In this document: positions 43,103 through 52,343 of the stretch, piece after piece
Layout of the letters: each line of letters starts with the position of its first letter
Position numbering within the stretch: position 1 is the stretch's first letter
The notes under the pieces: generated by a model
The model's database searches: none
What the model saw: the letters and a program-made list of their open reading frames with translations, nothing else
Told to the model about the DNA's origin: nothing
NCBI GenBank assembly: GCA_963702475.1
Contig: CAVPCT010000009.1
Coordinates: forward strand, 1-64,000
Direction: 5' to 3'
Source of the DNA: an uncultured Thermoleophilia bacterium
GTDB lineage: Bacteria; Actinomycetota; Thermoleophilia; UBA2241
DNA length: 64,000 bases
Position numbers and translations under genes: made by a program

Positions 43103-44306
43103 GTCAGCCCATGAACCTGGTCGTCTACCTGGCACGTGCCGGCGTCGGTTCGCGGCGCTCGTGTGACGAGCTGGTGCGCGACGGAGCCGTCACCGTGAAC
43201 GGAGAAGTCGTCACCTTTCCACGACAAAGATCGCCGAGGGCGACGTGGTCGCCGTCAACGGCGACCCCGTCGAGCCGCGGGAGCTCAGGTACTTCCTGGT
43301 CAACAAGCCGCGCGGGGTGGCCAGCACGCGGAGCGACCCCCACGCGGACAAGGTCATCGTCGACCTCGTGCCCAACGGGCGCACGCTGTTCCCGGTGGGC
43401 CGTCTGGACGTGGACACGACGGGGCTGCTCGTCCTCACCAACGACGGGGTGCTGGCCAACCGGCTCATGCACCCGCGGTACGGCGTGCCCAAGACCTACG
43501 CGGCCCGGGTGCGCGGCAAGGTGAGCCGCCGGGCCCTGGCCACGCTGCGACAGGGGGTGGAGCTGGAGGACGGTCTCACGGCGCCGGCCGAGGTGAACCT
43601 CAAGAAGCAGAGCTCGAAGACGGCCCTCGTCGAGATCACCATCCACGAGGGCCGCAAGCGCCAGGTGCGTCGTATGTTCGCGTCCGTCGGCCTGCCGGTC
43701 GAGGAGCTCCACCGGCGGCGGTACGGCCCAATCAACGACAAAGGCCTTGAACCCGGCGGCTACCGCGAATTGGCCGGTGACGAGGTCGAGGCGCTGCGCC
43801 GCGCGGGCGAGGAGACCGCGGAGGCCGCAGGTCGTGAGCCGGAGGGCCAGCCCGTGATGCTGGCCGCCGTGGAGGCGCCGCAGGCCGCGGGCGCAGAGAC
43901 CGCGGAGGCCTCAAGCCGCGAGCCGGAGGGCCAGCCCGTGATGCTGGCCGCCGTGGAGGCGCCGTCGGCCGCAGTCGAGGAGCCGCCGGTCGTTGCGGAG
44001 GCGCCGCCGGCCGTCGCGGACGATGCGGGTCGGGAGGAACAGCCGCCTGTGGCGGGCGCCGAGGCGCCCGCCCCGGCCGAAGCGCGACCGGACGAGGCTG
44101 CACCCGGGACGGGCACGGACGACGCCGACGGCGACGCCGGGGAAGCCTGGACCGATGACGACGCGGCCACCGATGACGCCGACGACGCCGACGAGGACGC
44201 GGCGGACGACGAGGTGGCGGACGACCCGGCCCCCGCGCCGCAAGACGACGCGACGCAGGCCGGTCCCGGCCCCGTCGGTCCCGGCGAAGCTGCGGACGGG
44301 CGCTGA
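43099..44306 (+). CDS. rluB: rRNA pseudouridine synthase (RluB family) with long acidic tail; frameshift near 43228
   Basis: S4 domain YLARAGVGSRR, NKPRG, VGRLDVDTTGLL, HPRY, EGRKRQVRRM. Confidence 0.88.
43812..43964 (+). repeat. In-frame 84-bp-period tandem repeat in the rluB tail
   Basis: ETAEAxxREPEGQPVMLAAVEAP twice (43812 and 43896). Confidence 0.85.
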
Positions 44307-44355
44307 GCGCCATGGGCGCGGGACCGGGCGCGACGGCACAGGCAACGGGGACTCC

Positions 44356-45474
44356 GTGAGCGACGGCCGCGCGCGGAGCATCGCCGTCATCGGCGTCGGG
44401 CTCATGGGCGGCTCGCTCGGCCTGGCAGCGCGCGAACGCGCCGGCGCGGCCGAGGTGCGCGGCTTCAGCCAGACGCGGGCCACGCTCGACCTCGCCCTGG
44501 AGCGCGGCGCCATCACCGTGGCCTGCGACAGCCTGGAACAGGCCGCCGCCGGCGCCGACCTCGTGTTCGTGTGTACGCCGGTGCGTCTCGTCGTGAAGCA
44601 CGTGAAAGCGGCGCTCGCAGCGGCGCCGCCGCACGCCGTGATCAGCGATGTGGGCAGCACCAAGGGGCCGCTCATGCGCGCGCTCAGCCCGCAGGAGCAG
44701 GAGCGCTGCGTGGGCGGCCACCCGCTCTGCGGCTCCGAGACGGCCGGCGTCGGCAACGCCCGCGCCTCGCTCTACGACGGTGCCACCTACTTCGTCACGC
44801 CCGGCGACCACGTCTCCAGCGAGGCGTACCAGCGCCTGTACGGCTTTCTCGGCGACATCGGCGCCCGGCCGGTGGCCGTCGACGCGGAGGAGCACGACCG
44901 CCTCATGGCCGTGGTCAGCCACCTGCCGCACGTACTCGCCAACGTGCTCATGACCCAGGCCGGCCTGCACCCGGGCTCGCGCGACGCCCTCATGTCGGCC
45001 GGCCCCAGCTTCCGCGACCTGACGCGCACCGCCGGCAGCAACCGGCGCGTGTGGACCGACATCTTCCTCGAGAACCGGGCGGCCCTGCTGGCGGCGCTCG
45101 CGACCTTTCAGCAGGGCCTGCAGGAGGTGCTTGAGGCGCTCGCCGCCAACGACGCGGAGCGGCTCGGCCAGACCATCGTCAGGGCGCGGGACCAGCGCCA
45201 GCGCATGCTGGCCGCCGGCAGCCTCGAGCCCAGCGAGCTGCGGCGCCTCATCGTGCACGTGTCCGACCGCCCCGGCGTGTTCAGCGAGATCATGGTGGCT
45301 CTGGGCGACGCCGGCATCAACATCGAGGACCTCTCGATGCACCACATGAGCGCCGAGCTGGGCGGCACGCTCACCGTGTACGTGCAGGGCGCCGAGGCGG
45401 CGGTGCGTGCATCCCACATCCTCGCCGGACTCGGGTACGACGTCATCGTCGGGAGCGTGGAGGACGGGGAGTGA
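44356..45474 (+). CDS. tyrA: Prephenate dehydrogenase with ACT domain
   Basis: GVGLMGGS, DVGSTK, GGHPLCGSE, HD..VSHLPH, FRDLTR, DRPGVF (ACT). Confidence 0.92.
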   Translation: MSDGRARSIAVIGVGLMGGSLGLAARERAGAAEVRGFSQTRATLDLALERGAITVACDSLEQAAAGADLVFVCTPVRLVVKHVKAALAAAPPHAVISDVGSTKGPLMRALSPQEQERCVGGHPLCGSETAGVGNARASLYDGATYFVTPGDHVSSEAYQRLYGFLGDIGARPVAVDAEEHDRLMAVVSHLPHVLANVLMTQAGLHPGSRDALMSAGPSFRDLTRTAGSNRRVWTDIFLENRAALLAALATFQQGLQEVLEALAANDAERLGQTIVRARDQRQRMLAAGSLEPSELRRLIVHVSDRPGVFSEIMVALGDAGINIEDLSMHHMSAELGGTLTVYVQGAEAAVRASHILAGLGYDVIVGSVEDGE

Positions 45475-46130
45475 CGGTCGTGGCGGTCGACGGTCCGGGG
45501 GGTTCCGGCAAGAGCACGGTGGCGCGCCGCGTCGCCGAGCGCCTGGGTTACTTGTACCTGGACACAGGCGCCATGTACCGCGCCGTCGGGCTTCTGGCCA
45601 CGGAGGCCGGCGTTTCGCTGACGGACGAGCCGGCCGTGGTGTCGGTCGCCCGGGGGGCCTGTCTGCACTTCGACGGTGACGGCCGCCTGCTCGCCGGAGA
45701 GCGCGACGTGAGCGACGCCATCCGCACGCTGGAGATGGGGGAGGCCGCGTCTCTGGTCTCGGCCCTGCCCGGCGTGCGCGCCCTGCTCGTGGACGAGCAG
45801 CGCCGCATCGGCCACGGCACCGACATCGTCATGGAGGGCCGGGACATCGGCACCAACGTGTTCCCCGATGCGGAGGTCAAGATCTACCTGACGGCGCGCC
45901 CGGAGGTCCGAGCGGCGCGCCGGGCCGCCGAGCTCCGTGCCAAGGGCGAACAGGCCGACGACGCCACGGTACTGGCCGCGGTCGAGGAGCGCGACGCGCG
46001 CGACTCCACGCGCAGCGTGGCCCCCCTGCGAAAGGCCGACGACGCGGTGGAGGTCGACACCTCCGGCATGACCCTCGACGAGGTCGTGGACGCGGTGGTC
46101 GCGGCGGCGCGCGCGGCGGTGGCGTCGTGA
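45471..46130 (+). CDS. cmk: Cytidylate kinase
   Basis: DGPGGSGKST, DTGAMYR, EGRDIGT, RDARDSTR. Confidence 0.95.
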   Translation: MTVVAVDGPGGSGKSTVARRVAERLGYLYLDTGAMYRAVGLLATEAGVSLTDEPAVVSVARGACLHFDGDGRLLAGERDVSDAIRTLEMGEAASLVSALPGVRALLVDEQRRIGHGTDIVMEGRDIGTNVFPDAEVKIYLTARPEVRAARRAAELRAKGEQADDATVLAAVEERDARDSTRSVAPLRKADDAVEVDTSGMTLDEVVDAVVAAARAAVAS

Positions 46131-46163
46131 GAGCGCAGGCTTCGGGAGCCGGGAGGTGACCTC

Positions 46164-46832
46164 GTGAGCGTCCCGGTCAGACCGCGTCTGTTCGGGCTGC
46201 CGCTCCGCGGCGACGGCGACAGTCGGCTGTACACGTTCTGTCGCTTCCTCGCCGTGCCGCTGTTCGGCGGGGTGTACGGCTGCCGCTGCCTGGGCGGCGA
46301 CAACCTCCCGCCGTCCGGGCCGGTCATCGTGGCCTGCGATCACAAGTCCTTGGCCGACCCGGTCGTGGCCGGCATGGTCTGCCGCCGGCCGCTGCGGTAC
46401 ATGGCCAAGAAGGAACTGTTCGTGAACCCGTATCTGCGCCGGCTGATCACGAGCCTGGGCGCCTTTCCGCTCGACAGGGGGGCCGGAGACCGCGAGGCGC
46501 TGGTCAGGGCGCTCGACATCCTGAAGGAGGGCGGGCTGCTGCTGATGTTCCCGGAGGGCACGCGGCAGCCGGACGACGCCATCCACGAGTTCTTCCCGGG
46601 AGCCGGGATGATCGCGGTGCGGAGCGGTGCGCCGGTGGTCCCGCTCGCCATGGACGGCACCCAGCGGATGCTGCCGCCGGCCGGCGGTGTGCGCCTGACG
46701 AAGCTGCGCACGGCCATCGGCCCGCCCATCGACCTGAGCGACCTGACGGCGCGCAACAGCAAGACGTACCAGGAGGCGGCGCGGCGCATGCAGCAGGCCG
46801 TGACCGAGCTGTATGCCGGACTCTGGCGCTGA
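46164..46832 (+). CDS. plsC: 1-acyl-sn-glycerol-3-phosphate acyltransferase
   Basis: HKSLAD (HX4D), MAKKELF, FPEGTR. Confidence 0.9.
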   Translation: MSVPVRPRLFGLPLRGDGDSRLYTFCRFLAVPLFGGVYGCRCLGGDNLPPSGPVIVACDHKSLADPVVAGMVCRRPLRYMAKKELFVNPYLRRLITSLGAFPLDRGAGDREALVRALDILKEGGLLLMFPEGTRQPDDAIHEFFPGAGMIAVRSGAPVVPLAMDGTQRMLPPAGGVRLTKLRTAIGPPIDLSDLTARNSKTYQEAARRMQQAVTELYAGLWR

Positions 46833-47820
46833 CGCGGCCGAGGGTCGTTGCGCGCCGGCCGGCGGGGCGGGCGAGCCGAGGTCCGCTGAGGGACCGCCGG
46901 ACGGCGAGCCCCGCCGCGAGTACGTGGACGAACGGGAGCGCCGCGCCGAGCTGCGCCAGCTGCGTGCCGGCGACGTGGAGATCGTCGTGGCCCGCTACGC
47001 CGGCTACTGCTACGGGGTGGAGCGGGCCCTGCGCACCACAGAGGAGGCGCTCGAGGGCGCCGTGGGCCCGGTCGCGAGCCTCGGGCCCATCATCCACAAC
47101 CCCACCGTGGTGAAACAGCTCGAGGAGCGCGGAGTGGCGGTGGTCGACGACGCCGATCAGGCGACGGGCGGCACGCTCATCGTGCGCACGCACGGGGTGC
47201 CGCCGGGCGTGGTGCAGCGGGCGCGTGAGCGGCACCTCCAGGTGGTCGACGCCACGTGTCCGTTCGTGGCCGTGGCCCAGCGCAAGGCCGAGAGCCTCAA
47301 GGAGGCGGGCTACGCGGTGGTGATCCTCGGCGAGCGCGATCACCCAGAGGTCGTGGGGCTGCAGGGCTTCGCCGGGCGCGGGGCCGCGGTCGTGGAGGAT
47401 GCGGCCGGGCTGCCGCTCGAGCAGCTGCGCGGCAAGCGCGTCGGCCTCGTGGTGCAGACCACGCAGACGCGCGCCAATCTCAGCAGCGTGGCAGCGGCGC
47501 TGGCGCCGGTGGCGAGGGAGATGCTGGTCTACAACACCATCTGCGACGCCACCGAGAAACGGCAGAGCGCGGCCTGCGAGCTGGCCGCCGAGGTGGACGC
47601 CGTGGTGGTGGTCGGCGGCCGCAACAGCGCCAACACGGCGCGGCTGGCGCAGCTCTGCGAGGGCATGCAGCCGCGCACGCACCACATCGAGTCGGCCGCC
47701 GAGCTGCGGCCGGAGTGGTTCACCGGCGCCTCACGCGTGGGCGTGACGGCCGGAGCCTCCACGCCGGACGAGGAGATCGAGGCCACCGTGCTGGCGCTCC
47801 TGGACCTCTGTGGCTGCTGA
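46813..47820 (+). CDS. ispH: 4-hydroxy-3-methylbut-2-enyl diphosphate reductase (true start may be further downstream)
   Basis: GYCYGV, IIHN, RTHG, DATCPFV, HPEV, QTT, TICDAT, SAN, TAGASTP. Confidence 0.92.
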   Translation: MPDSGADAAEGRCAPAGGAGEPRSAEGPPDGEPRREYVDERERRAELRQLRAGDVEIVVARYAGYCYGVERALRTTEEALEGAVGPVASLGPIIHNPTVVKQLEERGVAVVDDADQATGGTLIVRTHGVPPGVVQRARERHLQVVDATCPFVAVAQRKAESLKEAGYAVVILGERDHPEVVGLQGFAGRGAAVVEDAAGLPLEQLRGKRVGLVVQTTQTRANLSSVAAALAPVAREMLVYNTICDATEKRQSAACELAAEVDAVVVVGGRNSANTARLAQLCEGMQPRTHHIESAAELRPEWFTGASRVGVTAGASTPDEEIEATVLALLDLCGC

Positions 47821-49153
47821 CGCTGCGGGAGCCCGCCGCCGGGCGGGCGGCCGGGACGCCGTGCCCGCCGGCGGCCTGGTCGTGGCCGCCGTCCATGACG
47901 CCGCGTCGCGCGCCGGGCTCCGTCCCGGCGATTGCATCACCCGCATCGGGGGTGAGGTTCCCGTCGACGTGCTCGACCTGGAGCTGGCGGCGGCCGACGA
48001 CGTCTTCACGCTCACGGTGCTCCGCGACGGACGTTCGCTGGAACTCGCCGTGGCGCCGCGGCCGGGGGAGTGGCACGGAGTGTCGCTCGACCACGACGGT
48101 CTGGGCGACGAGCCGCGCGTGTGTCGCAACCGCTGCCGGTTCTGCTTCGTCGACCAGGTGCCGCGCGGCCTGCGTCCCGCCCTGTACGTGAAGGACGACG
48201 ACTACCGCCTGTCGTTTCTGCACGGCAACTTCACGACGCTGACGAACCTGCGCGAGGCCGACGTGCAGCGCATCCTGGATCTGCGGCTGTCGCCGCTCTA
48301 CGTCTCGCTGCACGCCTGGGACGACGCGGCGCGCGTGCGCCTCATGGGTCGCGCCGCGGCCGGCTCCCGCGAGACGCTGCTGCGTCTCGCCGCGGCCGGC
48401 CTGGAGCTGCACCTGCAGGTCGTGCTGTGCCCGGGCTGGAACGACGGCGACGTGCTGCGCGAGACAGTGGAGCGGACGGCGGCCCTCGAGAGCGTGTCCG
48501 ACCTCGGCGTGGTGCCGGTCTCGCTGGCCGCGGAGGGCGACCTGCGCCGGGTCACGCGGGACGACGCGGAGACGCTGCTCGGCACGGTCGAGGGGTGGCA
48601 GCGGCGCTTCGAGAAGGAGCGCGGCGTTGACTTCGTGCACGCCGCCGACGAGTTCCACCTCTTGTGCGGGCGCGTGCCGCCGCCGAGCGACGCGCCCGAG
48701 CAGTACGAGAACGGCATCGGGATGTCGGCGCTGCTGCTGGAGGAGGCGGCTGGACTGGCGCACGAGGCGGGACTCGCGACCGGCGCGGCGGGCGAGCCGC
48801 TCCGCGCCGTCCGCCTGCTCACCGGCACCCTGGCGGAGCCGGTCGTGGCGCGCGCCGGCGAAGCCCTGCGCGCGCGCCTCGGCGTGCCCGTGCGGCCCTT
48901 CGCCGTGGTCAACGACCTCTTCGGGCCGCACGTCACGGTGACCGGGCTGCTGGGCGGCGTCGAGGTGCTCGCGGCCGTTGGCCGCGACCCGCTCGGCGCC
49001 GGCGAGTGGCTCGTCGCCCCGCGCGTCTTCCTGCCGGAGGCACTCGGGCGCACGCTCGACGATGTCGGCGAGGACGAGTTGGCGGCCGCCTGCGGCGGCC
49101 GCCTGGTCCTCGTCGCCTCGCTCCGTGAGGCGTTTGCTACACTTGCCAGATGA
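47810..49153 (+). CDS. DUF512 radical-SAM-like protein with PDZ domain
   Basis: CRNRCRFCFVDQ, LYVKDDDYRLSFLHGNF, SPLYVSLH, ADEF, QYENGIG. Confidence 0.85.
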   Translation: MAADAAGARRRAGGRDAVPAGGLVVAAVHDAASRAGLRPGDCITRIGGEVPVDVLDLELAAADDVFTLTVLRDGRSLELAVAPRPGEWHGVSLDHDGLGDEPRVCRNRCRFCFVDQVPRGLRPALYVKDDDYRLSFLHGNFTTLTNLREADVQRILDLRLSPLYVSLHAWDDAARVRLMGRAAAGSRETLLRLAAAGLELHLQVVLCPGWNDGDVLRETVERTAALESVSDLGVVPVSLAAEGDLRRVTRDDAETLLGTVEGWQRRFEKERGVDFVHAADEFHLLCGRVPPPSDAPEQYENGIGMSALLLEEAAGLAHEAGLATGAAGEPLRAVRLLTGTLAEPVVARAGEALRARLGVPVRPFAVVNDLFGPHVTVTGLLGGVEVLAAVGRDPLGAGEWLVAPRVFLPEALGRTLDDVGEDELAAACGGRLVLVASLREAFATLAR

Positions 49154-50492
49154 CTGAACCCACCTCATCCACATCCGCGCCATCCCCGCCGATCCCCACC
49201 GTGGTGGTCGTCGGCTCCCCCAACGCCGGCAAGTCCACCCTCGTGAACCGCCTCGCAGGGTCGCGACAGGCGGTCGTCCACGAGACGCCCGGGGTGACCC
49301 GCGACCGCAAGGAGTTCGAGGTCGAGTGGGAGGGCCGCCTGTTCACCATGGTCGACACCGGTGGGTACGACACCAGCGAGGACGCGCCCTTCGCGGTCCA
49401 CATCCGCGAGCAGGTCCAGCTCGCCATCGCCTCGGCCGACGTCGTGGTCTTCGTGGTCGACGGCCGCGTGGGCCCGCTGGCCGACGACTTCGAGATCGCC
49501 GCGGCGCTGCGGCGGGTCGACGTCCCCGTCGTGCTCGTGGCCAACAAGATCGACGATCCCACGGCGGTGAGCGCCGCCCAGGAGCTGTACCAGCTGGGCC
49601 TCGGCGAGCCGCTCATCGCCTCGGCCACCCACGGTCTCGGCACCGGCGAGCTGCTCGACGCGCTGGTCGCGCTGAGTGGCGCGCGGCGCCCGGACGAGGA
49701 CGCGCCCGAGCTGCCCGGCGAGATCCCCGTGGCCATCGTCGGCCGGCCCAACGCCGGCAAGTCGTCGCTGTTCAACGCCATCGTCGGCGAGCCGCGCACC
49801 ATCGTCAGCGAGATCGCCGGCACCACGCGCGACGCCATCGACACCTGCGTGCAGACGGCCGGCGGCACCTTCCGCTTCATCGACACCGCCGGCATGCGCA
49901 AGGCCGCCAAGGTCAGCGGTGTGGAGTACTACTCCTACCTGCGCAGCGTGCAGAGCCTGAACCGCGCCCACGTGGCCGTGGTCGTGGTCGACGGCACCGT
50001 GCGCTTCGGCGAGCTCGACCTCTCCATCTGCACCGAGGCGGCGCGCAATCACTGCGCCACCGTGATCGCCGTGAACAAGATGGACGTCGCCGAGCCGGAG
50101 CTTGACGACATCGCCGGCATCGCCCGCCGCAAGCTGCGCCAGCGCCCCGAGGTCGTGCCGGTCTCGGCGCAGACCGGCGCCGGCGTGCACACGCTGCTCT
50201 CGGTGATCGCCTCGCTGGAGTCAGCGCTACACCATGCACCTACCCACCGGTGAGCTCAACCGCGCCCTCAAGGCCCTCAGCGGCCGACCGACCCATGCCG
50301 CAGAAGCACGGCAAGCGCCTCAAGATGTACTACATCTCGCAGTTCGGCACGGCGCCGCCGCGGTTCGCCATCGAGGTCAACGACCGCACCCTGCTCACGC
50401 GCGACTACGGATTCTTCGTCGAGAACCGCCTGCGGGCCGCCTTCAGTCTCGAGGGCATCCCGTGCGTCATCGACTTCAAGGGTAAGCGATGA
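49150..50492 (+). CDS. der: Ribosome biogenesis GTPase Der; frameshifts near 50222 and 50280
   Basis: Two G domains (GSPNAGKS/DTGG/NKID; GRPNAGKS/DTAG/NKMD); KH-like C-terminus (KMYYISQ..PPRF..ENRLR) in shifted frames. Confidence 0.92.
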
Positions 50493-51136
50493 TCTTCTGG
50501 ATCGAGGCCGTCGCCTTCGTGGTCATGCTGTTCGTCTCCTACCTGATCGGGTCGATCCCGTTCGGGCTGGTCGTCGGCAAGCTCTTCTACCACGTGGACG
50601 TGCGGCGGCACGGGTCCGGCAACGTCGGCACCACCAACGTCTTCCGCGTGCTGGGCACGAAGGCCGGCGTGGCGGTGCTCGTCCTCGACATGCTCAAGGG
50701 CTACGTGCCCGCGCTGGTCGCGTCGCTGGTCTTCAATCCGTGGTTCACCATCTTCATCGCGGCGGCCCCGGTGGTCGGGCACATGTACTCGATCTTCCTC
50801 AGGGGCCGGGGTGGCAAAGGCATCGCCACCGGCGCGGCCGTGGTACTCGCCCTGGAGCCCAGGGCGTTCGCCGTCATCATCATCGTGTGGATCCTGATGG
50901 TGCTGGTCACCCGTTACGTGAGCCTCGCTTCGCTCACCTCTACCTCCCTGGTGCCGGTGCTCGTCATCTGGTGGGGCGATCCGCTGCCGTACCAGATCGC
51001 GGCCGTGCTGGTCACGATCGTCATCTTCTACGCGCACCGCGGCAACATCGGCCGGCTGGTCCGCGGTAAGGAGCACCGCGTAAGGCTGCCGTGGTCGCGC
51101 AACGGTTCCGCCGTGGCCGGGAGCGGGGGGGTCTGA
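50489..51136 (+). CDS. plsY: Glycerol-3-phosphate acyltransferase
   Basis: GSIPFG, GSGNVGTTNVFR, DMLKG, GH, GGKGIAT, HRGNI. Confidence 0.95.
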   Translation: MIFWIEAVAFVVMLFVSYLIGSIPFGLVVGKLFYHVDVRRHGSGNVGTTNVFRVLGTKAGVAVLVLDMLKGYVPALVASLVFNPWFTIFIAAAPVVGHMYSIFLRGRGGKGIATGAAVVLALEPRAFAVIIIVWILMVLVTRYVSLASLTSTSLVPVLVIWWGDPLPYQIAAVLVTIVIFYAHRGNIGRLVRGKEHRVRLPWSRNGSAVAGSGGV

Positions 51137-51138
51137 CC

Positions 51139-52128
51139 GTGGACGTCACCGTCATCGGCTCGGGGAGCTGGGGCAGCGCCTTCTCGCGGCTGCTGGTGCG
51201 CAAGGGGCACGGCGTGCAGGTGCTCACGCTCACGCCCGAGGAGGCGGCATACCTCAACGCCACGCACGAGAACCCGCACTTTCTGCCGGGGGTCGCGCTG
51301 CCGCCCGAGGCGCGCTTCGTGGCCATGGACGAGGCCGACCTCTCGGCCTCTGGTCTTGTCGTCTACGCCGTGCCGACACAGGTGGTGCGCCGGGTGGCGC
51401 GGTGGGCCTCCGCCCGCCGCGCTCCGGATTCCCTGCAGCTCTCCCTGGCCAAGGGCTACGAGCTGGGCACGCTCAAGCGCCCCACACAGGTCATAGAGGA
51501 GGAGACGGGGTCGCCGGCGGCCGCGCTCTCGGGGCCCAACCACGCCGAGGAGGTGGGCCGCGACATGCCGTCGGCGACGGTGATCGCGGCCGCCGACGAG
51601 GCCATGGCGGTGGCGTTGCAGGCGGCGGTCACCAGCGACACCTTCCGCGTGTACACCAACGAGGACGTGGTGGGCGTGGAGTTCTGCGGGGCCGTCAAGA
51701 ACCCGATCGCCGTGGCGGTCGGGATGTCTGACGGCCTTGGCTTCGGCGACAACTCGCGCGCCAGCCTGATCACGCGCAGCGTGGCTGAGATGACCCGCCT
51801 CGGCATGATCCAGGGCGCGCACATCGCGACCTTCACCGGCCTCGCCGGGATCGGCGACCTCATCGCCACGTGCACGTCGCGGCACAGTCGCAACCGACTG
51901 GCCGGCGAGCTGCTGGCCAAGGGCCGCTCGCCGGCCGAGGTCGAGGCCGAGGTGGGCCAGGTCGTGGAGGGCATGCCCACGGCGTACGCCCTCCACGACC
52001 TGGCGGGCCGCCTCGGCATCGACATGCCTGTCACCGAGAACGTGTACCAGGTGCTCGAGGGCCGGCGCACCCCGCAGGAGTGCGTCGCCGACCTCATGGG
52101 GCGTACGCCCAAGCACGAGCGGCGCTGA
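51139..52128 (+). CDS. gpsA: NAD(P)H-dependent glycerol-3-phosphate dehydrogenase
   Basis: GSGSWGS, SGPNHAEE, GAVKN, GLAGIGDLIATCTSRHSRN. Confidence 0.95.
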   Translation: MDVTVIGSGSWGSAFSRLLVRKGHGVQVLTLTPEEAAYLNATHENPHFLPGVALPPEARFVAMDEADLSASGLVVYAVPTQVVRRVARWASARRAPDSLQLSLAKGYELGTLKRPTQVIEEETGSPAAALSGPNHAEEVGRDMPSATVIAAADEAMAVALQAAVTSDTFRVYTNEDVVGVEFCGAVKNPIAVAVGMSDGLGFGDNSRASLITRSVAEMTRLGMIQGAHIATFTGLAGIGDLIATCTSRHSRNRLAGELLAKGRSPAEVEAEVGQVVEGMPTAYALHDLAGRLGIDMPVTENVYQVLEGRRTPQECVADLMGRTPKHERR

Positions 52129-52343
52129 GGTCGCCGCGGTGGCCCGCGCCAGTGCGCGAGGCCTGCCGCCGGCGACGCCCTTCGTATACGATTGCCGCAT
52201 CTCCGGCGCGCGGTCAGGGGCCGAGACGGCGCCGACGCCCGGTGGGCCGTCGCCGCGACGCGGCGGTCGTCTCGCAGGGCGCCGCGCCTTTCGCGGGCCT
52301 CGCCGCCGGTGCGCCGGCCGGCCTCAGGGAGGGGAGGGTACCG

